Below, piece by piece: positions 20,488 to 31,631 of a DNA stretch of 64,000 nucleotides; the stretch's first letter is position 1; each line of letters starts with the position of its first letter. Source of the stretch: Bacteroidales bacterium. Lineage in GTDB: Bacteria > Bacteroidota > Bacteroidia > Bacteroidales > UBA932. The stretch is from assembly GCA_017438265.1 (NCBI GenBank), contig JAFRVZ010000006.1, positions 46,606 through 110,605 on the forward strand. The letters are read 5' to 3'. Under the pieces are notes generated by a model. It saw only the letters and a program-made list of their open reading frames with translations. It was not told the DNA's origin and did no database searches. Both the position numbers and the translations under genes were made by a program.

Positions 20488-21357
20488 ATGCGCAAACTCG
20501 GATCTGTCCTTTCCGTCGTCTTCCTGTTGCTTCCGGTCCTGCTGGGGGCGCAGGTCTTCGACTATCCCTATATCCCGGCGAAATACAAGACCCCGGAGCA
20601 GCAGCTGGAGTACCTCTCGCTGCATTTCTGGGACAGTGCGAAGGACGCCGGCGGCCGGACGCTGCTCGCCGAAAACGGCGTGCTGGAGCAGGCCGTGGTC
20701 GACTTCGTGTCGGTCGTGGGGGCGGTGCCGGAGCGGACGCAGCGCAAGGCCGTGCGCCGCTTCGCGCGGACCCTCGCCCGCGGCGAAGGGCTCTTCGGCG
20801 AGGCGATGGAGTATGTCGAGAAATACCTCTACGGAATCGATTCCCCGCTGCGTGACGACCGGCTCTACGGGCGCTTCGTCGAGCGGGTCGGGGGCGCGGC
20901 CGGCCGCTACCTGCGGGAGGAAGTCCGGAAGAACCTGCCCGGCGGGCCGGCGACGGATTTCACATTCCTGGCGCGGGACGGGCGCGGCGGCAGCCTCCGG
21001 GAGGCCTGTGCGGGCGCGGAGTACCTGCTGCTCTTTTTCTACGACGAAGACTGTGACCACTGCCGCGCCGCAATCGGGACGCTCCGCGAGGATCCCTTCT
21101 TTGCATTCTGTGCGGCGGTCGGGAAGATGGATGTGCTCGGCGTGGACGTGACCGCCGACCCGGAGCGCTGGGCGGCCTCCGGCGCGCAGCTGCCGGACTT
21201 CTGCACCGACGCACGCGTCGCGGATCCGGATTTCTTCCCGCGCGGCAAGTATCTTTTCCGCGAAATGCCGGGCATCTACCTGCTCGACCAAAGCGGGACC
21301 GTCCTGCTCAAGGAGGTCCGGCTCCAGTCCGTCGTCGAGGCCGTCAAGTCCCGCTGA
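20488..21357 (+). CDS. Exported DUF5106/thioredoxin-like protein
   Basis: Signal peptide; YLSLHFWD; EKYLY..SPLRD; FYDEDCDHC CxxC; PGIYLLD. Confidence 0.75.
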   Translation: MRKLGSVLSVVFLLLPVLLGAQVFDYPYIPAKYKTPEQQLEYLSLHFWDSAKDAGGRTLLAENGVLEQAVVDFVSVVGAVPERTQRKAVRRFARTLARGEGLFGEAMEYVEKYLYGIDSPLRDDRLYGRFVERVGGAAGRYLREEVRKNLPGGPATDFTFLARDGRGGSLREACAGAEYLLLFFYDEDCDHCRAAIGTLREDPFFAFCAAVGKMDVLGVDVTADPERWAASGAQLPDFCTDARVADPDFFPRGKYLFREMPGIYLLDQSGTVLLKEVRLQSVVEAVKSR

Positions 21358-21369
21358 GATGCGGGAAGG

Positions 21370-21963
21370 CTATTTCTGCCAGAGGATGAGGCGGTAGAGG
21401 TTGCAGCCGACGAAATTTCCCAGCACGATGCTGACATACAGGAGCAGGATGCTCCCCAGGTGCGCCCCCCAGAAGGACCAGGGCACGGCGAGGTAGTAGA
21501 ATGCGTCCGCGATGCTGTGGGGGAATCCGCAGAAGATGAACATCGGCACGCCGAACAGCAGCGGCAGGAACTTCCCCTGGCGCCCGAAGGTCACGGCGGT
21601 CGTCATGATGAATCCGCATCCAATGGCCAGCAGCCCGCAGGGGACGATGCCGGCCGCGAGCCGTCCTTCGAGCAGCCGGGCCGCGTTCTCCTGGATCGGG
21701 AGCGGGGAGACCCGCGCCAGCAGTCCGACGAGCAGGCAGCCGACGATATTGCCGAGCAGGATGAGAAGCAGCTGCGGGAGCTCCTTCGGGCCCGCGATGA
21801 AGCCGGCGGTCCCGGTGTAGAGCCTGAGCTGGTAGAAGACGACGGTCAGCAGGCCGAAGCAGAAGACGACGGGGCCTGCGATGCCTCCGATGGCGAGGTT
21901 GCCGAAGCCGGCGATGCCGATTGCGATACCCGCGAGTACGGCGGAGCGAAATGTCTGGAACAT
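21370..21963 (-). CDS. Formate/nitrite transporter family protein (short form)
   Basis: AVLAGIAIG, LYTG, GNIVG, CGFPHSIAD, LGNFVG. Confidence 0.8.
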   Translation of the reverse strand: MFQTFRSAVLAGIAIGIAGFGNLAIGGIAGPVVFCFGLLTVVFYQLRLYTGTAGFIAGPKELPQLLLILLGNIVGCLLVGLLARVSPLPIQENAARLLEGRLAAGIVPCGLLAIGCGFIMTTAVTFGRQGKFLPLLFGVPMFIFCGFPHSIADAFYYLAVPWSFWGAHLGSILLLYVSIVLGNFVGCNLYRLILWQK

Positions 21964-21969
21964 AAGTAG

Positions 21970-23523
21970 TTACAGTTTATATAGCAGGAAAGGGCCGCTG
22001 CGGCCGATTTCTTTTTTCTCGGAGAGGAAGCCGGAAAGGTCCGCACGCTCGCGCAGCGCGGTGTCCTTGACGAGCAGGACCCCTTCGGCGGGGATGTCTT
22101 CCAGGAAGGCGTCGTAATCCTTCCCGTAGGCGCGGGACGGCCCGTAGCCCAGATAGACGTCGATGTTTTCGGTCCGCCGGACCCGGAGCGTGTAGACCTG
22201 CGCCCCGGCGGGAACCTGGCTGCAGATGTCGCCGAGACCCGTGTACGGGTTGATTTGCGGTACGAGCAGGCCGGCGAAGAAAAGGAAGGCGGCCGTCGCG
22301 CCGGCCAGGCGCAGCGTCGCCCGCTCCCAGCCGCGGCCGGCGACCCGCAGGGCGAAGATGCCCCCGGCGAGGGGAGCGATTCCGCAGCAGGCGACCAGCG
22401 GCGAACGCAGGAAGTCGAATTCTGCGAGCAGGGGAATCCGGCGCAGCCCCAGCGGAACGGCGATCGCCGCAAGTCCGATCAGGATGAAGAGGATCGCGGG
22501 GATCCGCAGCCCCCAGGCCCGCAGCGGCGTCCAGCCCCTGCGCCGTACCACCGCCGGCACGGTATAGACGGCGAGCGGCATCAGCGGCGCCAGGTATATC
22601 AGGAGTTTCGAACCGAAGCAGCTGAGCACCAGCAGCGTCAGCAGCGCGGTCCGCGCAAGGAAACCTTCCGTCCCGTGGCTGCGGAGCGCGCCGGCGGCCG
22701 TCGGGACATTGACGAAGCAGTAGGGCGCCAGCACCGCCCAGAGGAGTGCGAAGTAAAGCCAGAAGGGCCCGTTGTGGTCGGAAGCGCCCACGGCGCGTCC
22801 ATAGGTCTGGTCGACCAGCATGCTTCTCAGGTACTCCTTCCCGCCCTCCAGCAGCACGCCCCCGAACCAGCAGGCGCAGCCTGCGGCAAGAACGAGCCAG
22901 AAACGCCAGCCCAGCATCCGTGCGGCGGTCTTCCCGTCCCGCCGGACCACGCATTGCAGCGCAGCCCCCAGCAGCGGCACCAGCAGCCCGACGGGGCCCT
23001 TGCTGAACAGTGCGAGGAAGGTCGCCAGCGCGAAGGCCCACGGCCGGCCCCGGTCGAAGGCATACAGCGCCAGCACGATGAAAAAGCACATCAGCATATC
23101 CATCCGCAGGAAGCACGCCATCCCCGCGAAGATTCCGGTCCCGGCGAGCATCGCGGCCGCGGCGGCCCTTTCCCGGGCCGAGAAGGCGCCTTCAGCCCCG
23201 GAGCGGATCCAGCGGTCCATCACGAGGATGATCCCGCAGGCGGGCAGGAAAGATAGCATCCCGAGGGCCAGCATGCTGTGGCGGCCCAGCAGCGTGCGCA
23301 GCAGCATGACGAGCCAGAGGTAGAGCGGCGGTTTGTCGGCATAGGGGATCCCGTGGTTCGTGAGGACGAAGAAATGCCCGCCGGCAAGGGCCTCGTCGGC
23401 GATGCTCAGGTACCGGAGCTCGTTGTCGGGCGTGAAGTCCCGCATCGCCAGGACCGGCAGGGCCGCGACGAAGAACAGGACCAGGACGGACCGGACCGGA
23501 TTATTCTTCAGCCAGGTTCTCAT
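21970..23523 (-). CDS. ArnT/GT-C family integral membrane glycosyltransferase
   Basis: DNELRY, YADKPPLYLW, RMDML, SKGPVG, many TM helices. Confidence 0.85.
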   Translation of the reverse strand: MRTWLKNNPVRSVLVLFFVAALPVLAMRDFTPDNELRYLSIADEALAGGHFFVLTNHGIPYADKPPLYLWLVMLLRTLLGRHSMLALGMLSFLPACGIILVMDRWIRSGAEGAFSARERAAAAAMLAGTGIFAGMACFLRMDMLMCFFIVLALYAFDRGRPWAFALATFLALFSKGPVGLLVPLLGAALQCVVRRDGKTAARMLGWRFWLVLAAGCACWFGGVLLEGGKEYLRSMLVDQTYGRAVGASDHNGPFWLYFALLWAVLAPYCFVNVPTAAGALRSHGTEGFLARTALLTLLVLSCFGSKLLIYLAPLMPLAVYTVPAVVRRRGWTPLRAWGLRIPAILFILIGLAAIAVPLGLRRIPLLAEFDFLRSPLVACCGIAPLAGGIFALRVAGRGWERATLRLAGATAAFLFFAGLLVPQINPYTGLGDICSQVPAGAQVYTLRVRRTENIDVYLGYGPSRAYGKDYDAFLEDIPAEGVLLVKDTALRERADLSGFLSEKKEIGRSGPFLLYKL

Positions 23524-24247
23524 CCGCAACGGTGTATTCGGTATAGCGTTTCTTCATCCACCGGTAGGCGAAGCAGTCGATAAACGGCGCCCACAGGCGG
23601 TTCCAGAGGTGGTATTTCGACTTTCCGGCCGTGCGCGGAAAAGCGCGCACCGCCACCTGCCGGTAGCTCCCGCCTTCCCGCAGCTGGACCAGCGCCGGGA
23701 AAAAGCGATGCATCCCCCGGAACATCGGCAGCTGCCGCGCGACTTCCGTCCGGAAGACTTTCAGGGGACATCCCGTATCGACGGCCCCGTCTCCGGTCAT
23801 CATCCGCCGCCACCCGTTCGCAATCCGCGACTGGAGTTTCTTCGAAAGGGAGTCCTGCCGCCCGGTCCGGATTCCGATAACCAGATCCGTTCCGTCGATT
23901 TCGGCGAGCAGCCGCTCGAAATCTTCCGGCGCGGTCTGCAGGTCGGCGTCGATATAACCGACCAGCGGCGAACAGCAACGGTCGAACCCCGCTTTCAGCG
24001 CGGCGGTCAACCCCCGGTTCCGGGCGAACGCGACGTAGTAGAAATCAGGCCGTTCCGCGCAGATCCGCCGGATCTCCTCCGCGCTGCCGTCCGTCGACCC
24101 GTCGTCGACCAGCAGCACGCACGCCTTCCGGCTGCACTGCGGCAGATACCCGGCCAGCCGTTCCGCCAGCCGTCCCAGATTCTCCTGCTCATTATACACG
24201 GGAACCACAATCGTAAACCCGTATCTCCCCGTCTCGTTCGCGTTCAT
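23501..24247 (-). CDS. Polyprenol-phosphate glycosyltransferase, GT2 (ArnC/DPM1-like)
   Basis: VVPVYNE, VDDGSTD, NRGLTAA, IDADLQ, DTGCPLK, MHRFFPAL, GKSKY. Confidence 0.88.
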   Translation of the reverse strand: MNANETGRYGFTIVVPVYNEQENLGRLAERLAGYLPQCSRKACVLLVDDGSTDGSAEEIRRICAERPDFYYVAFARNRGLTAALKAGFDRCCSPLVGYIDADLQTAPEDFERLLAEIDGTDLVIGIRTGRQDSLSKKLQSRIANGWRRMMTGDGAVDTGCPLKVFRTEVARQLPMFRGMHRFFPALVQLREGGSYRQVAVRAFPRTAGKSKYHLWNRLWAPFIDCFAYRWMKKRYTEYTVADENLAEE

Positions 24248-24326
24248 AATGCAATAGTAGTAAAAAAACCGGAATTTATCCCGACTGGCCCAAAACGAAG
24301 GGACACGATTCCATTGCTTTGTTTTG

Positions 24327-24397
24327 AAAAAGGCAGACAAGAATCTCCCAACCTCGAGAAAAAGGGATAAGGTTGGGAGATTCTTGTCTGCCTTTTT
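24327..24397. repeat. Perfect 28-bp inverted repeat with 15-nt loop; likely terminator or small repetitive element
   Basis: AAAAAGGCAGACAAGAATCTCCCAACCT (24327-24354) and its exact reverse complement (24370-24397), ending in T5 on both strands. Confidence 0.9.
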
Positions 24398-24415
24398 AAG
24401 AATGAAAGCAAATAA

Positions 24416-25264
24416 TCAACCCTCCGCGGTTAGGATTTGGCAGTCGGCGGGGGATTTGATGTTTTCGTCGAGGATGAGTTCGCCGACGGAGGGGACGCGG
24501 ATGATGCCGGTGAGGGGGTTCTTGATCGAGGTGACGGGGCTGCGGAGCGTCGCGTCGAGCGAGGAATACTCGAAGGCCAGGTCGGCGTCGGGCGCGAAGG
24601 TGCAGTCGATCAGCTTCAGGTTCTCGGCGTAGCAGAGGGGCTGGGTGCCGGCGATGTGGCAGCGCACGAGCGTCAGGTTCTTCGAATACCAGCCGAGATA
24701 CTCGCCGTCGATGACGGAATCATAGACGGTCACGTTTTCCGTGTTCCAGAAGGCATCCTTCGTGTTCAGGTTCGAATCCCGGACCTCCACGTCCCTGCAG
24801 TACTGGAAGGAATAATTGCCCTGCAGCTTGAAATTGGAGACGCGGATGTTCCGGCAATGCAGGAAGATGTAATCGCCCTTTTCGGCCTCGACGTCCTTCA
24901 GTTCGATGTCCGAGCACATCCAGAGCGTCTCCGCCGCATTGGGGATGCGGACGCGCTCCAGGCGCAGCCGCTCCATCTCCCGGAACATCTTCGGCGCCTC
25001 GACGAGCGTGTCCTCCATCACGAGGTCGCTCGAATACCACAGCGCCGCGCGGGCGCCTTCCCGGAAGAGGCAGTCCTTGACCCGGAAGCCCTTGCAGCAC
25101 CAGAAGGGATACTTTCCCTCGAAGGTACAGCGGTCCGCTTCGATGTCCTCCGTTTCCTTGAGCGCGGACTCGCCGGCGTGGATGGTCACGTCCTTCAGGC
25201 GGAGGTGTTTGCTGCAGTACAGCGGCCGCTCGCCGCCGAATTCTTTCTTTTCAATCAGTTCCAT
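24416..25264 (-). CDS. DUF3737 family beta-helix protein
   Basis: GGERPLY, GESALKE, GKYPFW, EAPKMFR, TKDAFW, GEYLGW, GTQPLCY, DLAFEYS. Confidence 0.88.
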   Translation of the reverse strand: MELIEKKEFGGERPLYCSKHLRLKDVTIHAGESALKETEDIEADRCTFEGKYPFWCCKGFRVKDCLFREGARAALWYSSDLVMEDTLVEAPKMFREMERLRLERVRIPNAAETLWMCSDIELKDVEAEKGDYIFLHCRNIRVSNFKLQGNYSFQYCRDVEVRDSNLNTKDAFWNTENVTVYDSVIDGEYLGWYSKNLTLVRCHIAGTQPLCYAENLKLIDCTFAPDADLAFEYSSLDATLRSPVTSIKNPLTGIIRVPSVGELILDENIKSPADCQILTAEG

Positions 25265-25276
25265 ATATCACTCATT

Positions 25277-26656
25277 TTATACTTTGATCAAGCGGGATTT
25301 CATCCACCGGTCCCCGCGGATCCGCATTAGGAACAGCAGGCCGCGGATGTTGAGCTCGATGCACATCGCAATCCAGTAGCCCTGGAGGCCCAGGCGCGGC
25401 GTCAGGACCAGCGCGAGACCGATGCGGACGACCCACATGCTGGCCAGGTTCAGCGCGCTCGGCACGAGCGTGTCACCCGCGCCCACAAACGCGCCGTACG
25501 CCACGATCGAGACGGCGAACATCGTCTCCGCAAACGCCTCGATCCGAAGCACCTTCGCGCCCAGCGCGACGACGTCGGGATCCGAGCTCAGCAGCCCCAT
25601 CAACGCCGGGGCAAAAGCGTACATGACGATTCCCAGCAGCGTCATGATGCCTGCACCGCTGGCGGTCGTAATCGTGGCGAAACGCCGCGCAAGCTCCCGG
25701 CGCTTCGCCCCGAGGCTCTGCCCGACCAGGGTCGTGGCCGCCTCCTCCAGGCCGTAGCCCGGCATATAGCAGAAACTCTCCGCCGTGATGGCGAACGCGT
25801 TCGCCGCGATGGATACGGTCCCCAGCGGCGCGACGATGATCGTGTTCATGACATAGGCGCCGCGCATGATCAGGTTCTGCAGCCACATCGGGGAGGCGAT
25901 GCCGAGCGCGTTGCGCAGGGTCGCCCGCTGCGGAAGGAAGGAGCCGCGGTCCTGCCGCAGGTTCAGCTCCGGGCTGCGGACGGTCAGGAACCAGAGCATC
26001 AGCCCCGCCGTAATCAGGACGGATACGCCCGTTCCGATCGCGGCGCCGACGACGCCAAGGCCCAGCCCGTAGATGAACAGGTAGTTGAAGGCCACGTCCA
26101 TGATGCACATGTTGATGTTCAGCATGCTGGGGACCTTCATGTTGCCGCTGGCCTGGAGCATGCCGCCGCAGCTGAAGACCAGCTGCTGCAGCGGAAGGCA
26201 GGCCGCGAAGATCAGGAAATAGGCCGAGGCGTCGGCCGTGATGTCGGGATTGCCGCCGAGCCAGCGGGGGAGCGAGGGGGCGATCGCGACGCCGATGAGC
26301 GCAAGTGCGACGCTGAAGGCAAGCACGCTCGTGAGGCCCTGCCGAACGACTTCCCGCGCCCGGGCGAAGTCGTTCGAGCCGACGAGGTGGGCGATCTGGA
26401 CGGTGAATCCGCTCGAAGTCGCCGAGCAGAAGCCCATGAAGATCCAGGTGCTGGTCGAGATCAGGCCGATCGAGGCGGACTGGTTCGCGCCGAGGTGGCC
26501 GACCATCGCCGTGTCGATGTACTGCATCAGGACGGAAGAGAGCTGGGCGAGGATGGCGGGGATGCTCAGGAACGCCGTCAGCGCCAACTGCTCCCGGAGG
26601 GTCATCTGCCGCCCGTCGCGTATTTTTCCGAGCAATATGTCCTTGCGTCCTGCCAT
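25277..26656 (-). CDS. MATE family efflux transporter
   Basis: DTAMVGHLG, GLGVVGAAIGT, TTLVGQSLGA, GAGDT; about 12 TM. Confidence 0.9.
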   Translation of the reverse strand: MAGRKDILLGKIRDGRQMTLREQLALTAFLSIPAILAQLSSVLMQYIDTAMVGHLGANQSASIGLISTSTWIFMGFCSATSSGFTVQIAHLVGSNDFARAREVVRQGLTSVLAFSVALALIGVAIAPSLPRWLGGNPDITADASAYFLIFAACLPLQQLVFSCGGMLQASGNMKVPSMLNINMCIMDVAFNYLFIYGLGLGVVGAAIGTGVSVLITAGLMLWFLTVRSPELNLRQDRGSFLPQRATLRNALGIASPMWLQNLIMRGAYVMNTIIVAPLGTVSIAANAFAITAESFCYMPGYGLEEAATTLVGQSLGAKRRELARRFATITTASGAGIMTLLGIVMYAFAPALMGLLSSDPDVVALGAKVLRIEAFAETMFAVSIVAYGAFVGAGDTLVPSALNLASMWVVRIGLALVLTPRLGLQGYWIAMCIELNIRGLLFLMRIRGDRWMKSRLIKV

Positions 26657-26664
26657 AGGGTCCG

Positions 26665-27981
26665 TCAAAAGTCGTAGTTGTCCGAGCGGAACTCCAGGAG
26701 TTCACCGCTGCGGGGGTGCGTAAAGGCGAGGCTCTCCGCGTGGAGGCAGAGCCGCCCGGGGCGGTTGTTGCCGCCGTAGAGCGGGTCGCCCAGGATGGGT
26801 CGGGCGAGTCCGTCCCGGTGGGCGGCGTGGACCCGGAGCTGGTGGGTCCGGCCCGTCCGGGGGACGAAACGAACCAGCAACTCCCCGCCGGGGTCCCGGC
26901 GCAGGATTTCATATTCGGTCTCCGCCGGTTTTCCGGTCGCGAAATCCACCATCCGGCGCGGCCTGTCATCATAATCCAGCTGGATTGGGAGGCTGATCAA
27001 GCCCCGCCCTGGCCCTTCAAATTCCGTGCCCCCGGAGAGCCGTGCGATGTAGGATTTCCGTGTCGTGCGGCGCTGGAACTGGCGCTCGATATCCGCTTGT
27101 GCTTCCAGCGTTTTTGCGTAGACGATGATGCCGGAGGTGTCGCGGTCGAGGCGGTGGCAGGCGTAGACCTGCTCGTCCGGGCGGGCGGCGGCGAGACGCT
27201 CCTGCAGGGACGCTTCGCCGGTCTTTCCCGGGACGCAGAGCATCCCCGACGGCTTGTCCGCGACGATCAGGGTGTCGTCCTCGAAGAGGATGCGGTAGTC
27301 CGGGTCCGGCGTCGCGGCCAGCGGATTCGGATCGACGTCCAGTCCTTCGAGCATATAGCCGAGCAGGGGACCGCATTTCCCGGCGCACGACGGGTAAAAC
27401 CGGCCCTGGATCCGGATTTCCGTCCCCGAGGGGGCACCGTACCAGAATTCGCCCATCGCGAGGGGCTCCAGCCCGCTGCGGTAGGCGTGCTCCAGGAGTT
27501 TCGGCCCGGCGCAGTCGCCGGTCCCGCCCGGCGGGACCAGCCCTTTCCGGGCGAAAACCTCCCGGATGGAACAGGCCTCGCCGCGGGCGTTGTGGACGAT
27601 GTAGTGGTCGAAGAGCCAGTCCTGGAGTTCGACGGAAAGGGCTTTCCGTTCGCGGGCGAGTGCCGGGTCGCTCCGCTCGCGCAGCTGCGCGCTGAGCGCC
27701 GAAATCCGCGCTTCCGTCTTCCGGTAATGCCCTTCCGGGTCGGTCAGGTCGAAGATCGGCGGGACGAAACCGGGGACGCGGCTCTCCCCGCCGGCGAGGC
27801 CGGAGAAGGCGTACAGGTAATCGACGCCCCCGTCCTGCAGCCGGACCTTCAGGACGCCGAGCATCTTGCCTTCGGCGAAGCGGTCCCGCAGGGCGGGGGT
27901 ATTGTCGATCTGCCGGATCATCCGTTCCGCGGCCTCCACGATGTCGGGCGCAGGGGTATAGCAGAACGGGTAGGTGAACAT
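26665..27981 (-). CDS. RluA family pseudouridine synthase with N-terminal extension
   Basis: DKPSGML, HRLDRDTSG, TGRTHQLRVH, ILGDPLYG, LHAE; N-terminal EGKMLGVL and PPGGTGDCAGPKLL. Confidence 0.92.
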   Translation of the reverse strand: MFTYPFCYTPAPDIVEAAERMIRQIDNTPALRDRFAEGKMLGVLKVRLQDGGVDYLYAFSGLAGGESRVPGFVPPIFDLTDPEGHYRKTEARISALSAQLRERSDPALARERKALSVELQDWLFDHYIVHNARGEACSIREVFARKGLVPPGGTGDCAGPKLLEHAYRSGLEPLAMGEFWYGAPSGTEIRIQGRFYPSCAGKCGPLLGYMLEGLDVDPNPLAATPDPDYRILFEDDTLIVADKPSGMLCVPGKTGEASLQERLAAARPDEQVYACHRLDRDTSGIIVYAKTLEAQADIERQFQRRTTRKSYIARLSGGTEFEGPGRGLISLPIQLDYDDRPRRMVDFATGKPAETEYEILRRDPGGELLVRFVPRTGRTHQLRVHAAHRDGLARPILGDPLYGGNNRPGRLCLHAESLAFTHPRSGELLEFRSDNYDF

Positions 27982-27985
27982 GGGA

Positions 27986-29032
27986 CTACAGGGCTGGGTA
28001 GATGTGGTCCCAGATCAGGTTGATCTCCTTTTGCATATCCTCGAGGTGGGCGGTCACGACGACCACGGCGTCCTTGTCCGGGATGACGATGATGAACTGG
28101 CCCCAGGCACCGTCCGCACGGACGGCGTTGTGGCGGCAGCGCCACATCTGGTAGCAGTAGCCCTGCACCCAGTCGCTGTTCTCGACCGTAAGGCCGTTGC
28201 CGGCAGCCGCTTCCGGCCGCATGCCGGCCGGCACGGAGTCGACCTGGCGGGAAGTCATCTGCTTCACCCAGTCGGCGGGGATGACCTGCTTGCCGGCGAA
28301 CTTGCCGCCGTCCAGGATGCACTGGCCCATCTTGGCCATGTCCTCGGTCTTGAGGTAGAGGCCCCAGCCTCCGAAGTTGACGCCATGGTTCGCGTCCCAG
28401 CGCGGGGGCTCGATCCCGAGGGGATCGAAGAGACGCGGCTGGAGGTAATCCACGACCGGCTGTCCGGTCAGTTTGGTGATGATGGAGGAGAGGGTAAAGG
28501 TCGCGTAGCTGTTATAGACGAAATAACTGCCGGGGACGTGGGTTACGGGCCACTCCAGGAAGGATTTCACCCAGTCCGAATCCGGATCCGTGCGGCTCAT
28601 CCGGGGCTCTGTGTCGTGTCCGGTATTCATTGTGAGCAGGTCGCGGATCGTCATTGCGGCGAGGTTGTCGGACACTTCTTCCGGGAGTTTGTCGGGGAAG
28701 AAGGAGACGACCTTGTCGTCGAGTTTCAGGAGGCCTTCGCTGATGGCGAAGCCGACCGCCGTGGAGGTAAAGGTCTTGCTGACGGAGAAGAGGACGTGCG
28801 GCTTGTCCGGCGCACCTTCGCTCATCCAGGTCTCGGCAAGGACCTTGCCGTGCTGGAGGACCATGACGCTGTGGATGTCTTCTTCGGCTTCCTGCGTCGC
28901 GGCGATATACTCCGCAAACGCTTTCTCCATCTTGGCGGAAGCCTTCTTGCGCGGCAGGGAACCATCCTTCGGGGCGCCGCAGGAAACGAGCAGCAGCGAG
29001 GCTGCCAGCAAAAGTGTAAACAGCTTTTTCAT
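27986..29032 (-). CDS. Serine hydrolase, beta-lactamase-related (lipoprotein)
   Basis: Lipobox LLVSC; FSVSKT (SxxK), LLTMNTG, FVYNS, RADGAWGQ. Confidence 0.85.
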   Translation of the reverse strand: MKKLFTLLLAASLLLVSCGAPKDGSLPRKKASAKMEKAFAEYIAATQEAEEDIHSVMVLQHGKVLAETWMSEGAPDKPHVLFSVSKTFTSTAVGFAISEGLLKLDDKVVSFFPDKLPEEVSDNLAAMTIRDLLTMNTGHDTEPRMSRTDPDSDWVKSFLEWPVTHVPGSYFVYNSYATFTLSSIITKLTGQPVVDYLQPRLFDPLGIEPPRWDANHGVNFGGWGLYLKTEDMAKMGQCILDGGKFAGKQVIPADWVKQMTSRQVDSVPAGMRPEAAAGNGLTVENSDWVQGYCYQMWRCRHNAVRADGAWGQFIIVIPDKDAVVVVTAHLEDMQKEINLIWDHIYPAL

Positions 29033-29038
29033 AGGGGC

Positions 29039-31124
<2,086 letters not shown>

Positions 31125-31206
31125 GGTGGACGCTTTATTCTCTCAAAGATACATTTTCCCGGGAATCCGTCCAATTAAAAATTTTTATAAAAAAGTTTAA
31201 AAAATA

Positions 31207-31237
31207 TTTGCAGAATCAAAAGAAAGGTGTACCTTTG
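31207..31237 (+). promoter_or_regulatory. Bacteroidetes primary-sigma promoter (-33 TTTG / -7 TACCTTTG)
   Basis: TTTG at 31207-31210, 19-nt spacer, TACCTTTG at 31230-31237; no credible protein-coding gene follows. Confidence 0.75.
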
Positions 31238-31241
31238 TAGT

Positions 31242-31358
31242 GGGCTGTTCAAGCAAGAGCATTCTGCTTTTCTTCAGGCCAAGGTTATTAGTTTTAGTGT
31301 TATTAATTATGTGGTTAGTAATGAGCCGCTGCCTGTGAAGGTGGCGCTCATTTTGTTT
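31242..31358 (+). ncRNA. Candidate small RNA (about 115 nt)
   Basis: Consensus promoter directly upstream, imperfect 5' hairpin, U-rich unpaired middle, intrinsic terminator at the 3' end; no credible ORF. Confidence 0.55.
31321..31358 (+). terminator. Intrinsic terminator with GNRA tetraloop
   Basis: ATGAGC-c-GCTGCCT-GTGA-AGGTGGC-GCTCAT followed by TTTGTTT. Confidence 0.75.
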
Positions 31359-31388
31359 ATACGCCCCTCCGGGCAAGCTGCCCCCTCC

Positions 31389-31523
31389 GCCGGAAGGCAT
31401 AGTTCGGCTGAAACCCTTCGCAGTCTTCGACTGCTCGTCCCTATCCCTCGCTGCACTCGGGCTTGTGCCCGCTCATGAGGCCGCGGGCGGCCACAGGTTT
31501 CAGCCGTAACTATGCCTCCCGGC
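31389..31523. repeat. 135-nt multi-hairpin element with 27/28-bp imperfect terminal inverted repeats
   Basis: GCCGGAAGGCATAGTTCGGCTGAAACC (31389-31415) pairs with GGTTTCAGCCGTAACTATGCCTCCCGGC (31496-31523), enclosing internal stems such as GCAGT-CTTCG-ACTGC and GCCCGC...GCGGGC. Confidence 0.75.
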
Positions 31524-31548
31524 TTCGCCACTGTGATCTCCCGGAATT

Positions 31549-31631
31549 CCGGGCGCATTTTGGGACGATTTTGCGCCCGGAACCCGTTTTCGGAGCCTCC
31601 CGGGCGCATTTTCAGCTGTTTTTGCGCCCGG
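31549..31631. repeat. REP-like doublet: two 32-bp palindromic units CCGGGCGCA-N14-TGCGCCCGG
   Basis: Units at 31549-31580 and 31600-31631 with a 19-bp spacer; the transposase stop codon lies inside the second unit. Confidence 0.88.

Noticed and set aside
20449-21291. N-terminal extension of the M23 ORF
   Set aside because: Antisense to the DUF5106-like gene; the lipoprotein signal and promoter place the start at 20448.
27986-29032. Antibiotic-resistance beta-lactamase
   Set aside because: SxxK esterase/hydrolase-like family with host-like codons and no mobile context; resistance cannot be supported from sequence.
31389-31523. tRNA or tRNA-like gene
   Set aside because: Closing stem far too long, no T-loop or D-loop consensus in the proper positions, no CCA end.
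31549-31631. Possible mini-CRISPR array (32-bp palindromic repeats)
   Set aside because: Only two units per locus, variable unit centres, spacers of 19-20 bp related to each other, and no cas genes; fits REP-like doublets better.
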